Assembly: GCA_947306345.1 (NCBI GenBank) | Contig: CAMZGG010000001.1 | Coordinates: 1 to 52,941 of the forward strand | Length of the DNA: 52,941 nucleotides | Direction: 5' to 3' | DNA from: an uncultured Bacillales bacterium | Lineage (GTDB): Bacteria > Bacillota_I > Bacilli_A > RFN20 > CAG-826 | Shown: positions 1 to 9,836 of the stretch, in pieces | How the letters are laid out: every line of letters begins with the position of its first letter | Position numbering within the stretch: the stretch's first letter is position 1 | Program-made: the position numbers and the translations under genes | The notes under the pieces: generated by a model | Databases searched by the model: none | What the model was told of the DNA's origin: nothing | What the model saw: only the letters and a program-made list of their open reading frames with translations

Positions 1-599
1 TTTGTTATATCAAAAGTGTAATTACTAGACCAAATATTATAGTTGGTGATTATTCTTACTATGATGATAGTGATGATGGCCCAGAATCGTTTGAAAAACA
101 TGTTACCCATCATTATGACTTTATGGGCGATAAGCTCATCATTGGTAAGTTTGTTGCCATAGCAAGAGGTGTAGAATTTGTGATGAATGGCGCTAACCAT
201 ATGCTAGATTGCTTAACCACATATCCTTTTGAAATTATTGATGAATTCAAAGGCCTTTCTAGACCATTCGGAGATAGAGGAAATCGTGGTGATACAGTCG
301 TGGGTAATGATGTTTGGATTGGACAAAAAGCCACAATATTGCCAGGTGTCCATATTGGTGATGGTGCGATTATCGGCGCTAATGCAGTAGTGGCAAAAGA
401 TGTCCCTCCTTACGCAGTTGTAGTGGGTAACCCAGCTGTTATTAAGAAATTTAGGTTCGACCAAGAAACAATTGATCTTCTTTTAAAACTAAAGTGGTGG
501 GACAAAGATATCGAAGAGATTAAGAGATTAATCCCATTACTAACTGGCGATTTATCAAAGAGCATGGAAGAACTAAAAAAGATGATTAAACAGGATTGA
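1..599 (+). CDS. Xenobiotic acetyltransferase (Vat/CatB-class hexapeptide-repeat O-acetyltransferase); 5' end cut by window edge
   Basis: ORF 123..599 stays open in frame to the window edge (codons from nt 3: [35 protein letters not shown]). It carries the XAT signature [16 protein letters not shown], hexapeptide repeats ([31 protein letters not shown]) and a KWWD C-terminal helix. Confidence 0.85.
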   Translation, partial: CYIKSVITRPNIIVGDYSYYDDSDDGPESFEKHVTHHYDFMGDKLIIGKFVAIARGVEFVMNGANHMLDCLTTYPFEIIDEFKGLSRPFGDRGNRGDTVVGNDVWIGQKATILPGVHIGDGAIIGANAVVAKDVPPYAVVVGNPAVIKKFRFDQETIDLLLKLKWWDKDIEEIKRLIPLLTGDLSKSMEELKKMIKQD

Positions 600-638
600 T
601 ACAAAACATCAGTCCTTTTTATTTAAAATATTAAGAGA

Positions 639-666
639 TTGTCTATATATTTTAATAATGTATAAT
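639..666 (+). promoter_or_regulatory. Putative sigma70-type promoter (TTGTCT-16 nt-TATAAT)
   Basis: -35 at 639..644 and -10 at 661..666. The ATG at 658 lies inside the promoter, which favours the ATG at 682 as the start. Confidence 0.45.
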
Positions 667-681
667 AATTGTGAACTCAAA

Positions 682-1149
682 ATGAAAAAAGTAACTCGTA
701 TCGGATTTATTATATTGGCTTGTTTGTTGACACTACTTGTTGCTTTAACAGTTGTGACGGCAATTAGTGAAAACTTAACCAGTGGTGGAGGTTTGGCTTT
801 CATCCAAGCCTTAGTTTCGTGTGGAGTAGCCACTTTAGCAATCGCCATCGCTTTCGTTTTGTTAATCTTGTTTAATAAGACATACAAACGTTATCTTGCG
901 TATATCGCAATAGGAATGGCTGCAGTAGCATTTCTTTATTTCGTTATCTTCTTCTGTGCAATCACTTCTCAGAACATAGCCGCTATAGCTAGTAGAATGA
1001 GTGGCACTGCTACCACACCTGCAACCAGCGAAGATTATTTCTATCTCATTTCATATACTTCATACTTTGTTATTTTAGCAATTGCGGCTCCCGCGGTTCT
1101 CGCTTTATTCAAAATTGCAAGAACAAGAGAAGGACTCCTTTATTACTAA
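682..1149 (+). CDS. Hypothetical polytopic membrane protein
   Basis: ORF 658..1149. It has four or five hydrophobic segments (GFIILACLLTLLVALTVV, VATLAIAIAFVLLILF, etc). I place the start at MKKVTRIG because of the upstream -10 box. No recognisable family. Confidence 0.5.
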   Translation: MKKVTRIGFIILACLLTLLVALTVVTAISENLTSGGGLAFIQALVSCGVATLAIAIAFVLLILFNKTYKRYLAYIAIGMAAVAFLYFVIFFCAITSQNIAAIASRMSGTATTPATSEDYFYLISYTSYFVILAIAAPAVLALFKIARTREGLLYY

Positions 1150-1168
1150 ATAGAAAAGAAAAGAAGAC

Positions 1169-1786
1169 TTACCAAAGTTCTTTCTTCAAGAAAATGGAGT
1201 CTTCTTTTTTAATTTCTTTAATTTTCTTTGCCGGGTTACCAGCGTAGACCCAGCCACTTTCTAAGTCGTGGGTAACTACCGATCCAGCGCCTACCACAAC
1301 GTTATCGTGAATAGTGACACCAGGTAAGATGGTAACATTACCACCAAACCAGCAATCATTACCGATATTGATAGGCTTCCCATATTCTCTATCTGTGACG
1401 TAGCCTTTTTCTTCATCGAAGTATTGCTCTCTTTCAGAGGCCACTAAGGAGTGGAGTGCGGTTAATATTGAAATATTAGGACCAAAGAAGCAGTTATTAC
1501 CAATATGAACAGGACAGACATCTAGGATAACCAAGTTAAAGTTAAAATAGACAGTCTTACCAAAATAAACATTTTCACCATAGTCAACGAAGACTGGACC
1601 TCTCACAAAGAGTGATTCATCACTATGTGGGAATATCTCTTTGAGAAGCTTAGCGCGTTCAGGATGGGCTTCAGGCAGATTGTTATATTTGATACACAAG
1701 TCGCTCATTAAAACACGACGACTATATAGTGGTTCTTCAAGGGAATCATAGATTTTGCCTTGGAGCATCTTTTCTTTTTCGTTCAT
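1169..1786 (-). CDS. maa: Maltose/galactoside O-acetyltransferase family (hexapeptide repeat)
   Basis: The N-terminal Maa-type segment (EKEKMLQGKIYD) is followed by left-handed beta-helix repeats (IGNNCFFGPNISI; IGNDCWFGGNVTILPGVTIHDNVVVGAGSVV). Confidence 0.85.
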   Translation of the reverse strand: MNEKEKMLQGKIYDSLEEPLYSRRVLMSDLCIKYNNLPEAHPERAKLLKEIFPHSDESLFVRGPVFVDYGENVYFGKTVYFNFNLVILDVCPVHIGNNCFFGPNISILTALHSLVASEREQYFDEEKGYVTDREYGKPINIGNDCWFGGNVTILPGVTIHDNVVVGAGSVVTHDLESGWVYAGNPAKKIKEIKKEDSIFLKKELW

Positions 1787-1915
1787 GTAATCATTATAAA
1801 TAAGAGAGATATCAACACAAATAAAATTCTGCTTATTTTGTCTTTCACTTACTTTGTGTGGTGCTACAATAGTAGCGAAGACATAAAGTATTAAAGATGA
1901 GAAAGGATTATTTTT

Positions 1916-3586
1916 ATGTTGAACAATATTAAGAAGTTTTTTCGTTTGCCATTATTAGTTTTGGCGAGTGTTTGCTTAATAGCAACAGGCTGTAATAAAC
2001 AACCACAACCAAGCAGTAGTAAAGAACCAGAATATAACATTGTTAGACCAGAATATACTCCTGATTACGATAACTTCGGTGTTAACGAAAAACCATCTGG
2101 CGTTAATATGACTTATTACACAGATGTATATTCCCGTGGTTTCTCCTGGTTAACTGATGAAAACACTGAAGGCACAGAATTATATCTCGTTCAAAGTGAT
2201 AAAGGTGAACAAGCTGATTTCAGTGGTGCGCAAGTGGTTAATGGCGCAAGCATGCTATGCACATATGATAAATCAGGTAATATCACCGCTGAAGGTTTAG
2301 CAGCTGCCAAAGGCAGTGGCAACACCGGTGAAGTTAAAGTCATGTCACATAAAGTGCATGTTGAAAACTTAGAAAAAGGCAGAGCCTATAGTTATAAGAT
2401 TGGTTCAGAATCTGGCTATTACTATGGTGCTTTCGTCGTTGAACAAGAAAAGGCTAAATCCATTACCGCCATCCATATGAGTGATGCACAAACAAAAGAT
2501 TTGAGTCTTCAATATGTCTGGCGTAATACCGCTGCTAAAGCTGTAGAAACTGCTGGCAAAGGCTTAGACTTCATTATTCATAATGGTGACCAATTTGACC
2601 AAAACAATAGCAGTGGTAACGATAAAGAACCATTTAGATTATTTAGATATTCTAAAGCCATTGATGATATCCAGGATTATAAGTTCAATGTTTCTTATAT
2701 GACTTCATCTGGTAACCATGAACCATCATCTCCATATTCTCATTATTTAATGAGCGATATTAATTATGCTGGCTATGACTATAAGGGTGCATACTACTCA
2801 TACGATTACGACTACGCACATTTTGTTGTTCTCAACACCAACACAATTAACGACGAACAAATCAATTGGTTAAAGAGCGATTTAGATAAAGCCGCTAATG
2901 CGAAGTGGAAAGTAGTGACTATGCACATCTCTCCATATTCAACAGGCGACCATAGCAATAAAGATGAAAACCAAAAGATTGTTGAAAAGTTAACACCTGT
3001 TTTCTCCGAAAAGCATGTTGATCTTGTTCTACAAGCACACGATCACACATACAATAAAACACTCCCATACAAGTGGGATGCCGCTGGTTATTACACTGAA
3101 GATGAAAAGATCAGTGAAGCCGTTAATGTGAATCCAGAAAAAGAAACGGTGGAAAACGTCCAATATGACAAGAATCCTAATGGTACTTACTATGTAACTA
3201 CAGGTGCTGCTGGCCATAGATGTGGTTCTGTTGAAAGCGATGGTATTTGGGCGGAAGTTGTTAAAGACGGTGATCAAATTAAGGGCTTAAACCCAAGCAA
3301 AACATTCACCACAAATAAGTACAAGAATGCTGTTGGTACATTAACTCAAGCCAACCAATACGAATCATACAAGATTTCTTCTTATACATCCGCGCAAGAT
3401 TATAAGGTGGGCGACCCAGCCACAGGTAACGTAAACGCCTGTATGTTTGGTATCCTTAATATCACAGAAAGCACACTTTCCTATCACGTCTATACCACTA
3501 ACGAAAAGAAAACAGTGGATAGCAAAGTCAATTATGACTTAGAGAGCGTGAAATTATTTGATACTCTTGATATACTAAAAGCCTAA
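1916..3586 (+). CDS. Lipoprotein, purple-acid-phosphatase-like metallophosphoesterase
   Basis: Signal peptide with lipobox LIATGC. Metallophosphoesterase motifs are present (MSDAQ, HNGDQFD, SGNHE, MHISPY, QAHDHTYNK). AAAGGA RBS upstream. Confidence 0.8.
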   Translation: MLNNIKKFFRLPLLVLASVCLIATGCNKQPQPSSSKEPEYNIVRPEYTPDYDNFGVNEKPSGVNMTYYTDVYSRGFSWLTDENTEGTELYLVQSDKGEQADFSGAQVVNGASMLCTYDKSGNITAEGLAAAKGSGNTGEVKVMSHKVHVENLEKGRAYSYKIGSESGYYYGAFVVEQEKAKSITAIHMSDAQTKDLSLQYVWRNTAAKAVETAGKGLDFIIHNGDQFDQNNSSGNDKEPFRLFRYSKAIDDIQDYKFNVSYMTSSGNHEPSSPYSHYLMSDINYAGYDYKGAYYSYDYDYAHFVVLNTNTINDEQINWLKSDLDKAANAKWKVVTMHISPYSTGDHSNKDENQKIVEKLTPVFSEKHVDLVLQAHDHTYNKTLPYKWDAAGYYTEDEKISEAVNVNPEKETVENVQYDKNPNGTYYVTTGAAGHRCGSVESDGIWAEVVKDGDQIKGLNPSKTFTTNKYKNAVGTLTQANQYESYKISSYTSAQDYKVGDPATGNVNACMFGILNITESTLSYHVYTTNEKKTVDSKVNYDLESVKLFDTLDILKA

Positions 3587-4515
3587 TGGGATTTATTGTT
3601 AATCATTACATCAAATTCTTCGTTCACCGTTACGATAAAGAAGTCGGAGTGCCTTATTATTCTCACAAGGATTTTAAGGGCTTTAAGTGTGAGGATTATT
3701 CTTTTACTAATTCCAATGGAATTAATATTAGATATTTCTTCTATTATTACGATAATTACAAAACCGATAAAATCATTTTATTCTGCCATGGTATGGGTCC
3801 AGGACATACTGCCTATATCGCTGAGATAGAAGCTTTAGCGAGACGTGGTTATAAAGTCTTAACTTTGGACTACGCTGGATGTGGCGAATCAGGTGGAAAA
3901 TACCTTGGTTCACTTAATAAACCTACGAGAGACGTAATTGATTTACTTAACCATCTAAAGTTAGATAAACCAATTGTTTTAATTGGTCATTCGATGGGTG
4001 GTTATACTGCTTTAAACACTTTGTGCTTGCGTAAAGAAATCACCAAAGTGATAGCAATATCTCCAATCGTGAGAATTGAGCCATTATTACAACTCAATAC
4101 CAAATCAAAATTCATTACTAGACATCTCATGAGATATGAGAGAAAAGTCGATAGAGAAGTATTCGATATTGATATCCCAGAATATCTAAAGACCACAACT
4201 GATGACGTCTTTGTTATCCAATCAAGCGATGATCAAATGGTGCCTTATAACATGTCACTTAAAGTGATCGAACAAATTGATAATCCACATATCAAAACAA
4301 AACGATATGAAGGCAGAAAACATAATCCAAATTATACGGATGCAGCGGTAGCGTATATGAACGATGTGTTCGGCAAATATTACGCGCTTATCAACGAGAA
4401 AAAGATTACAACCGATGAAGATAAAATCGCCTATTTTAAAGATGTGTCTTTAGCAAAACTAACGGAACAAGATGAACAATTGTTCGATGAAATGGTGGAT
4501 TTTATTGAGAAATAA
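3586..4515 (+). CDS. Alpha/beta hydrolase
   Basis: Nucleophile elbow GHSMGG. Its start overlaps the upstream stop (TAATG). Confidence 0.8.
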   Translation: MGFIVNHYIKFFVHRYDKEVGVPYYSHKDFKGFKCEDYSFTNSNGINIRYFFYYYDNYKTDKIILFCHGMGPGHTAYIAEIEALARRGYKVLTLDYAGCGESGGKYLGSLNKPTRDVIDLLNHLKLDKPIVLIGHSMGGYTALNTLCLRKEITKVIAISPIVRIEPLLQLNTKSKFITRHLMRYERKVDREVFDIDIPEYLKTTTDDVFVIQSSDDQMVPYNMSLKVIEQIDNPHIKTKRYEGRKHNPNYTDAAVAYMNDVFGKYYALINEKKITTDEDKIAYFKDVSLAKLTEQDEQLFDEMVDFIEK

Positions 4516-4664
4516 ATAAATTATCAAAATCGCAAATCTGTAACATCAACAATCAAAAAAAGTAGAATTGTCGTACTAAAAATCGCAATTTGGCGCCATT
4601 TTTCTTTTTTGTTGTGAATTTCCGCTTGCGCCCATTGTCGCCACGCGTATGATTATATGCATAT

Positions 4665-5792
4665 ATGAACTACGTATTTGATTACATCGTTAGATATTTC
4701 ATCCTACTCTGTGCGGCAAGTGTCATCTATGTCATTTCCATACAACGTTTTAAAGCGAATAAGAAAATGAGTATCTGCATGATTCTCATTGTTTCTGCGA
4801 CGTTATTCCTTTCTGCAGTGAACATTATTGAAGACTTTAGTAAAGATAATTGTTTACCAGTTTTAGCGACTATCACTTCTTGGATTGGTTATGTTATTCG
4901 TCCAGCGTTGGTATTTTTATTTATCATTTTGTGTGGCACAAAACTCACCAAGAAACAAACTATATTAACTGCTATACCATTAGTAATCAATTTAATCATT
5001 TTGTCTGGTGCTTTTATTCCAGGCATTAAAACCTATGTATATCGCTTTGTTAATAGTGAAGATTCAACACACCTCAATTTTTTAGGCGGTCCACTTAGAT
5101 ATTCTTCTCATGTTACCGCATTCCTTTACTTAGTCTGGATTATCTATTTATCAATCGCTAAGTTAAGAGCAAAACATTTCTATCACGCTATTGGTTCCTT
5201 AGTGTGTGCATTATTTATTATTCTTGCCGTTGTTATTGAAACATTCATTAACAATGGTGCGGAAATCTATTTACTTAATTCCACAGTCGCAGTTACTGCG
5301 CTTGAATATTACATTTTCCTCTATACCGAGCAAACTCAAGTTGATAGCTTAACAGGTTTATTCAACCGTGAAACTTTATTCTTAGATATCGAAAGAATGG
5401 GTCGTTCCATTACTGGCATTATTGAATTCGATATGAATGGCCTTAAATATTTAAACGATAACTTCGGCCACACCGAAGGTGATAAAGGCATTAAGACCAT
5501 TGCTGGAATTATTAAAGAAGTTGCTAAGAAAGACATGTACATATATCGCGTTGGTGGTGATGAATTCGCTATCTTAGCCATTAACTCTAGCGAAGAAGAC
5601 CTTAAAGAAACAATTGCAAAGTTCATTGAAGAACTAAGCAAGACATCATATTACTGCTCCGTTGGTTATTCTTATCGCGGACATGAAAATATGTCGTTCA
5701 ATGAGATGAACAAAGAAGCAGAAAAGAGAATGTATAAAGCGAAAGATGAATTCTATAAGAACTCACCTTTTGAAAGAAGAATCATCAAATAA
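4665..5792 (+). CDS. Membrane-anchored diguanylate cyclase (GGDEF domain)
   Basis: About 220 aa of polytopic N-terminal domain followed by a GGDEF domain (DSLTGLFNR; RVGGDEF at 5553..5567). Confidence 0.85.
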   Translation: MNYVFDYIVRYFILLCAASVIYVISIQRFKANKKMSICMILIVSATLFLSAVNIIEDFSKDNCLPVLATITSWIGYVIRPALVFLFIILCGTKLTKKQTILTAIPLVINLIILSGAFIPGIKTYVYRFVNSEDSTHLNFLGGPLRYSSHVTAFLYLVWIIYLSIAKLRAKHFYHAIGSLVCALFIILAVVIETFINNGAEIYLLNSTVAVTALEYYIFLYTEQTQVDSLTGLFNRETLFLDIERMGRSITGIIEFDMNGLKYLNDNFGHTEGDKGIKTIAGIIKEVAKKDMYIYRVGGDEFAILAINSSEEDLKETIAKFIEELSKTSYYCSVGYSYRGHENMSFNEMNKEAEKRMYKAKDEFYKNSPFERRIIK

Positions 5793-5809
5793 CCTCGGAG
5801 GCAAACATC

Positions 5810-8806
5810 ATGATTAACAAATTCAGAAGAAAAATTGTATTAGGCGCTGTAATCGTCAGCGCAGCCATGGCTCTAGCAGCTTGTGATTTAAGTGGCTTTG
5901 GTACTAACACTCAAACAAGCACAGATACAGGCAAGACAACCTATACCTCTAGCGCAATTGATGATAGTGGTTTATTCGGTAAAGGTTCAGATAACCGTGT
6001 CGTTATGACAACTCTTACCGCAGTAAGTAATAAAGAAAGCTATGAAATCGGTGATGAATTAGACTTAACAGTCACCGCCACATATTCAAACGGTGATGTC
6101 GTCGCCGTCAGTGGTTATGAAGTATCTGGCTACAACAGTAGAACCGCTGGTACACAAGTCGTGACCATCTCCTATGGTGATAAATCTACAACCGTGACAA
6201 TTACAGTCAATCCTGCCACAGTTGTTAGCATCTCCGTTACAAACAATCAAGAAAACTACGAAGTTGGTGATCCATTAGACTTAACAGTCGTGGCGACATA
6301 TTCTGACGATACCACTAAGGAAGTCACTGATTACGATGTGACTGGCTATGATACAGAAAATCCAGGCACACAAACAGTCGTGATTACATACGAAGGTCAA
6401 TCAGACACAGTGGAAATCGTTGTTAACGTTCCAGTTATCGTTGACCTCACTGTTATCGATAACAAAGCTTCTACTGGTTATGAAGTCGGTGAAGAATTAG
6501 ATATCACAGTTAAAGCTAATTACTCCAACCATGTTTCCTACGCCGTTGAAGATTATGAAGTCACTGGCTTTGATAACTATGGTATTGGTAAACAAACAAT
6601 TTCCGTCACATACGAAGATAAAGCTGCTTCATTAGAAGTCTTAGTCAATGAACCAGAAAACCTCTTCCCAGGTGACAATCTTAGTGCTTTCTTGCAAGAA
6701 GAAAACATTCAAACAAACATCCCAACACCAGTTGGCTATAAAACATGGTCCAAGAGTGTTGAAACATATGAAGATGGCACAAAATACTTCAGTGCCACAA
6801 CAGACAATGCTGTTTTAGATGGCAGAACCACAGTGGTGGAATCCTACTCCGCTTTACTTGCTAACGAAGGCTGGGAAGTTACTACCTCTGGTGGCACATA
6901 TTATGCCTCTAAAGAAAACGCTGATGCGCAAATCGAATTTGCCAACTTCAATGGTCAATTCGAATTAAGCATTTATGCTTATGAAAAATATCCAGCCAGA
7001 AAAACAACAGGTAAACCTGTTACCAGTTCCTCTTCCTTAAGAGATGGCAACACACTCGTCTTCGGTAACGTCGAATTTGGTATCGTGGCCACTGGTTTAG
7101 ACAATGGTTCCTTCGAAGTTAGAGGCTGCCAATACAATAACGGCAACATGGTAACCGTTGCTAAAAACGCTTTGCGTTTAAAATTAGGTAAATTACAAAA
7201 TGGTCGTTGGTCTTTAACCGATTCAAAAGGTAGAAAACTTGGCCAAAAAGATCTCGGTCAATTAGCGTGGGATGAAGGTACAACAGAATGGATTATTTCC
7301 ATCTCTACTTCTCAAACATTAATTGTTAACAATGGTTCCACAACTGGTTACTTATGCTATAACCCAGCTAAGGGCAATGTCACAACATTCTCTCCAAGTG
7401 CGAGAAAGACCATGAAGACTTTACAATTCTTCACAATCGATGTTGTTGATGTTGTTTATCCAAACGCTATCAATATCAGCGGTAACACTGAAGTCTCCTT
7501 AGGTAGAAGAACAAAGTTAAATGTTACTTTCGATCCAATTAGCACAAACGAAAAAGCCTTAACTTGGGCTTCATCAAACGAAGAAATCGTTACAGTTGAT
7601 AATAGTGGTGTTGTGACTGGTGTGGCATTAGGTACTGCAACGATTACCGCTACAGCGTTCAATAAAGACACTCCAATCGAAGCAACGTTTGAAATCACAG
7701 TTGTTGAACAACTCTTAGATAAATGGACAATCCTCTTCTATATTTGTGGTGCAGACCTTGAAAGTAGAAGTGGCTTAGCCTCTGGCGATATTACTGAAAT
7801 GCTTTCAGTCAATGGCCAACCAGAAGATATCAATATCGTTATTCAAACAGGTGGTTCTCATAGCTGGTCCAAATACGGTATTTCCGGTAATAAGATTGGT
7901 AGATACCACATTGAGAATAAATCCTTAAAGCAAGACGCTTCTTTAGCGAATGCTAGCATGGGTTCACAAACCACACTTCAATCATTCGTCAACTGGGGCA
8001 TGGAAGAATATCCAGCAGAAAAGACCGGTCTTGTCTTATGGAACCACGGTGGTGCTTTCGAAGGTTGCTGCTATGATGAAAACTATAGTGATGATGCATT
8101 AGAAGCACAAGAAATCACTGCGGCTATGGAAAATGTGTTTACAACACAAGGTCTCAATAACAAGTTAGAATTCATCGGTTATGACTGCTGCTTAATGCAA
8201 CTTCAAGACCTTGCCGAATTCAACTCCAAATACTTCAACTACATGGTTGGTAGTGAAGAAACTGAAGCTGGTGATGGTTGGGACTATGACAACTGGTTAG
8301 ATGATCTCTATGCTTATAAAGACACTGAAGCAGTTTTAGCCGCTATCTGTGATACATTCATTGCTGACAATGATACCGGTAGTAGCTGGTGGGGTGGTGG
8401 CAATGACCAAACACTTGCTGTCTTAGATTTGAATAAGATGGAAAATTACTTCAACAAGTTTGAAGCAATGTCAGCCGCTATTAAGAACACTGTTTCAAGC
8501 AACAAGAGCACATTCAATAGTGTCATCAATAGTTGTAAGAAATACGAATCATTTGATAGATTTGGCTTATTCGATGGTAAAGACTTCTTGAACAAGTTAG
8601 CTAGTAACTCTAAATTCACATCATTCGCCACTCAAATCAATGATGCGAAGACTGCCTTAAGTGAAATGATTATCCATAACGCTAAAGGTAATGCGGCTGG
8701 TAACTCCAATGGTTTAGCCTTCTTCGCGCCACTCGGCACATATGGCACAGCCACTAGCTATCCATCACAACAAACTCACTTCAATAGTTGGAAAGCTTTG
8801 TTCTAA
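5810..8806 (+). CDS. Surface lipoprotein: 3 tandem Ig-like repeats + Big_2-like domain + C-terminal clostripain-like (C11) cysteine peptidase
   Basis: Lipobox LAACD. Three ~70-aa repeats at about 6000..6650 (YE[IV]GDxLDLTVxATYS...GTQxVxI[ST]Y). A Big_2-like segment at about 7450..7700. C11-like His/Cys dyad context (LVLWNHGGA about 8033..8059; IGYDCCLMQ about 8171..8200). GGAGG RBS. Confidence 0.8.
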   Translation: MINKFRRKIVLGAVIVSAAMALAACDLSGFGTNTQTSTDTGKTTYTSSAIDDSGLFGKGSDNRVVMTTLTAVSNKESYEIGDELDLTVTATYSNGDVVAVSGYEVSGYNSRTAGTQVVTISYGDKSTTVTITVNPATVVSISVTNNQENYEVGDPLDLTVVATYSDDTTKEVTDYDVTGYDTENPGTQTVVITYEGQSDTVEIVVNVPVIVDLTVIDNKASTGYEVGEELDITVKANYSNHVSYAVEDYEVTGFDNYGIGKQTISVTYEDKAASLEVLVNEPENLFPGDNLSAFLQEENIQTNIPTPVGYKTWSKSVETYEDGTKYFSATTDNAVLDGRTTVVESYSALLANEGWEVTTSGGTYYASKENADAQIEFANFNGQFELSIYAYEKYPARKTTGKPVTSSSSLRDGNTLVFGNVEFGIVATGLDNGSFEVRGCQYNNGNMVTVAKNALRLKLGKLQNGRWSLTDSKGRKLGQKDLGQLAWDEGTTEWIISISTSQTLIVNNGSTTGYLCYNPAKGNVTTFSPSARKTMKTLQFFTIDVVDVVYPNAINISGNTEVSLGRRTKLNVTFDPISTNEKALTWASSNEEIVTVDNSGVVTGVALGTATITATAFNKDTPIEATFEITVVEQLLDKWTILFYICGADLESRSGLASGDITEMLSVNGQPEDINIVIQTGGSHSWSKYGISGNKIGRYHIENKSLKQDASLANASMGSQTTLQSFVNWGMEEYPAEKTGLVLWNHGGAFEGCCYDENYSDDALEAQEITAAMENVFTTQGLNNKLEFIGYDCCLMQLQDLAEFNSKYFNYMVGSEETEAGDGWDYDNWLDDLYAYKDTEAVLAAICDTFIADNDTGSSWWGGGNDQTLAVLDLNKMENYFNKFEAMSAAIKNTVSSNKSTFNSVINSCKKYESFDRFGLFDGKDFLNKLASNSKFTSFATQINDAKTALSEMIIHNAKGNAAGNSNGLAFFAPLGTYGTATSYPSQQTHFNSWKALF

Positions 8807-8832
8807 TCTATAATCCTTTATAAAATAAGAAC

Positions 8833-8865
8833 ACTCCGTAGTAGTGATATTACGGAGTTTTTTTA
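8833..8865 (+). terminator. Rho-independent terminator
   Basis: ACTCCGTA (8833..8840) pairs with TACGGAGT (8851..8858), followed by a T7 run. Confidence 0.8.
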
Positions 8866-8925
8866 TTGCCTCCACAAAAATTAGTTCTTTTATCTATTCT
8901 TATTGATGCTACAATATCTAGCGGT

Positions 8926-9762
8926 ATGAATTTTTATAAATGGTTCTTCTTGGAGGAGGGCAGAACTCCTGCTGGTTTATTTTCCCTCTCTCACTTATTA
9001 ACAGTTACGTTAACCCTTGCTGTATTTTTAACTTTAGCGATCTTTTTGGGCAAAAAGTTTAAAGGCGATCCTAAGAAGCAAAACTTAGTTTTGTTAATTG
9101 CTGGTATCGCTATTGTAGCGGTCCAACTATCTAAGAATATTTGGCTACTTTGCGAAACAGATAATGTCTTGGACTGCATAGTGGGTAACTGGCCACTTTA
9201 TTTCTGCGATATTCCAATTTATATCATTCCACTCGCGGCACTAACCAAAGGTCGATTCAAACAGTGGTGCATTGATTTCATGGCCATATGTGGCTTATTA
9301 ATGGGCTTCATGGGCAATTATTTCGCCGGAAACTTATATCCAAGTCACGCCATCATCTCATTCTCCGTTTTTAATGCTTTATTAAATCACTCAATTTCTG
9401 CTTTCGTAGCGTTATTCATTTGGGTGTCTAAGTTAAACAAAATGGAAAAAAGAGATATCCCATTTGTTATCGGTATCCTCTTTACATTTATGACCATTGC
9501 CTTAATCGTTGATTACCTCAACATTCCAATCAACGGTTCCCCACGTAACTTCATGTTCTTCTTTAATGGTGATGGCACTCCGTTCACCTTGTTCCTTAAT
9601 CTCTACGGTGGAACACTCATCCCATATCAAATCACCATTTATGTTTTACAGTGTGGCTACATTGGTTTATTCTACGCTGTTTATTACTGGATTATGGGCT
9701 TACTCAAGAAAAGAGAAGAACACAAAAAACTAAACGCACAAGACTCTACTTTCTCTAACTAA
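8926..9762 (+). CDS. Integral membrane protein, tentatively YwaF/TIGR02206-like
   Basis: The ORF track gives a TTG start at 8866, which overlaps the terminator T-run. The in-frame ATG at 8926 (MNFYKWFF..GLFSLSHLL) matches the usual N-terminus of this family. Seven or eight TM segments. Confidence 0.55.
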   Translation: MNFYKWFFLEEGRTPAGLFSLSHLLTVTLTLAVFLTLAIFLGKKFKGDPKKQNLVLLIAGIAIVAVQLSKNIWLLCETDNVLDCIVGNWPLYFCDIPIYIIPLAALTKGRFKQWCIDFMAICGLLMGFMGNYFAGNLYPSHAIISFSVFNALLNHSISAFVALFIWVSKLNKMEKRDIPFVIGILFTFMTIALIVDYLNIPINGSPRNFMFFFNGDGTPFTLFLNLYGGTLIPYQITIYVLQCGYIGLFYAVYYWIMGLLKKREEHKKLNAQDSTFSN

Positions 9763-9779
9763 GTAGAGTTTTCTTTTTA
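9743..9779 (+). terminator. Probable terminator overlapping the CDS end
   Basis: ACTCTAC (9743..9749) pairs with GTAGAGT (9763..9769), followed by TTTCTTTTT. Confidence 0.5.
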
Positions 9780-9836
9780 AGCATGCTAATATATTCGTAG
9801 AATACATTATAGGTAATCTATTAAGGAGAAAAAACC

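Noticed and set aside
8866-8925. TTG start of ORF 8866..9762
   Set aside because: The TTG start abuts the T-run of the upstream terminator. The in-frame ATG at 8926 gives the family-typical N-terminus.
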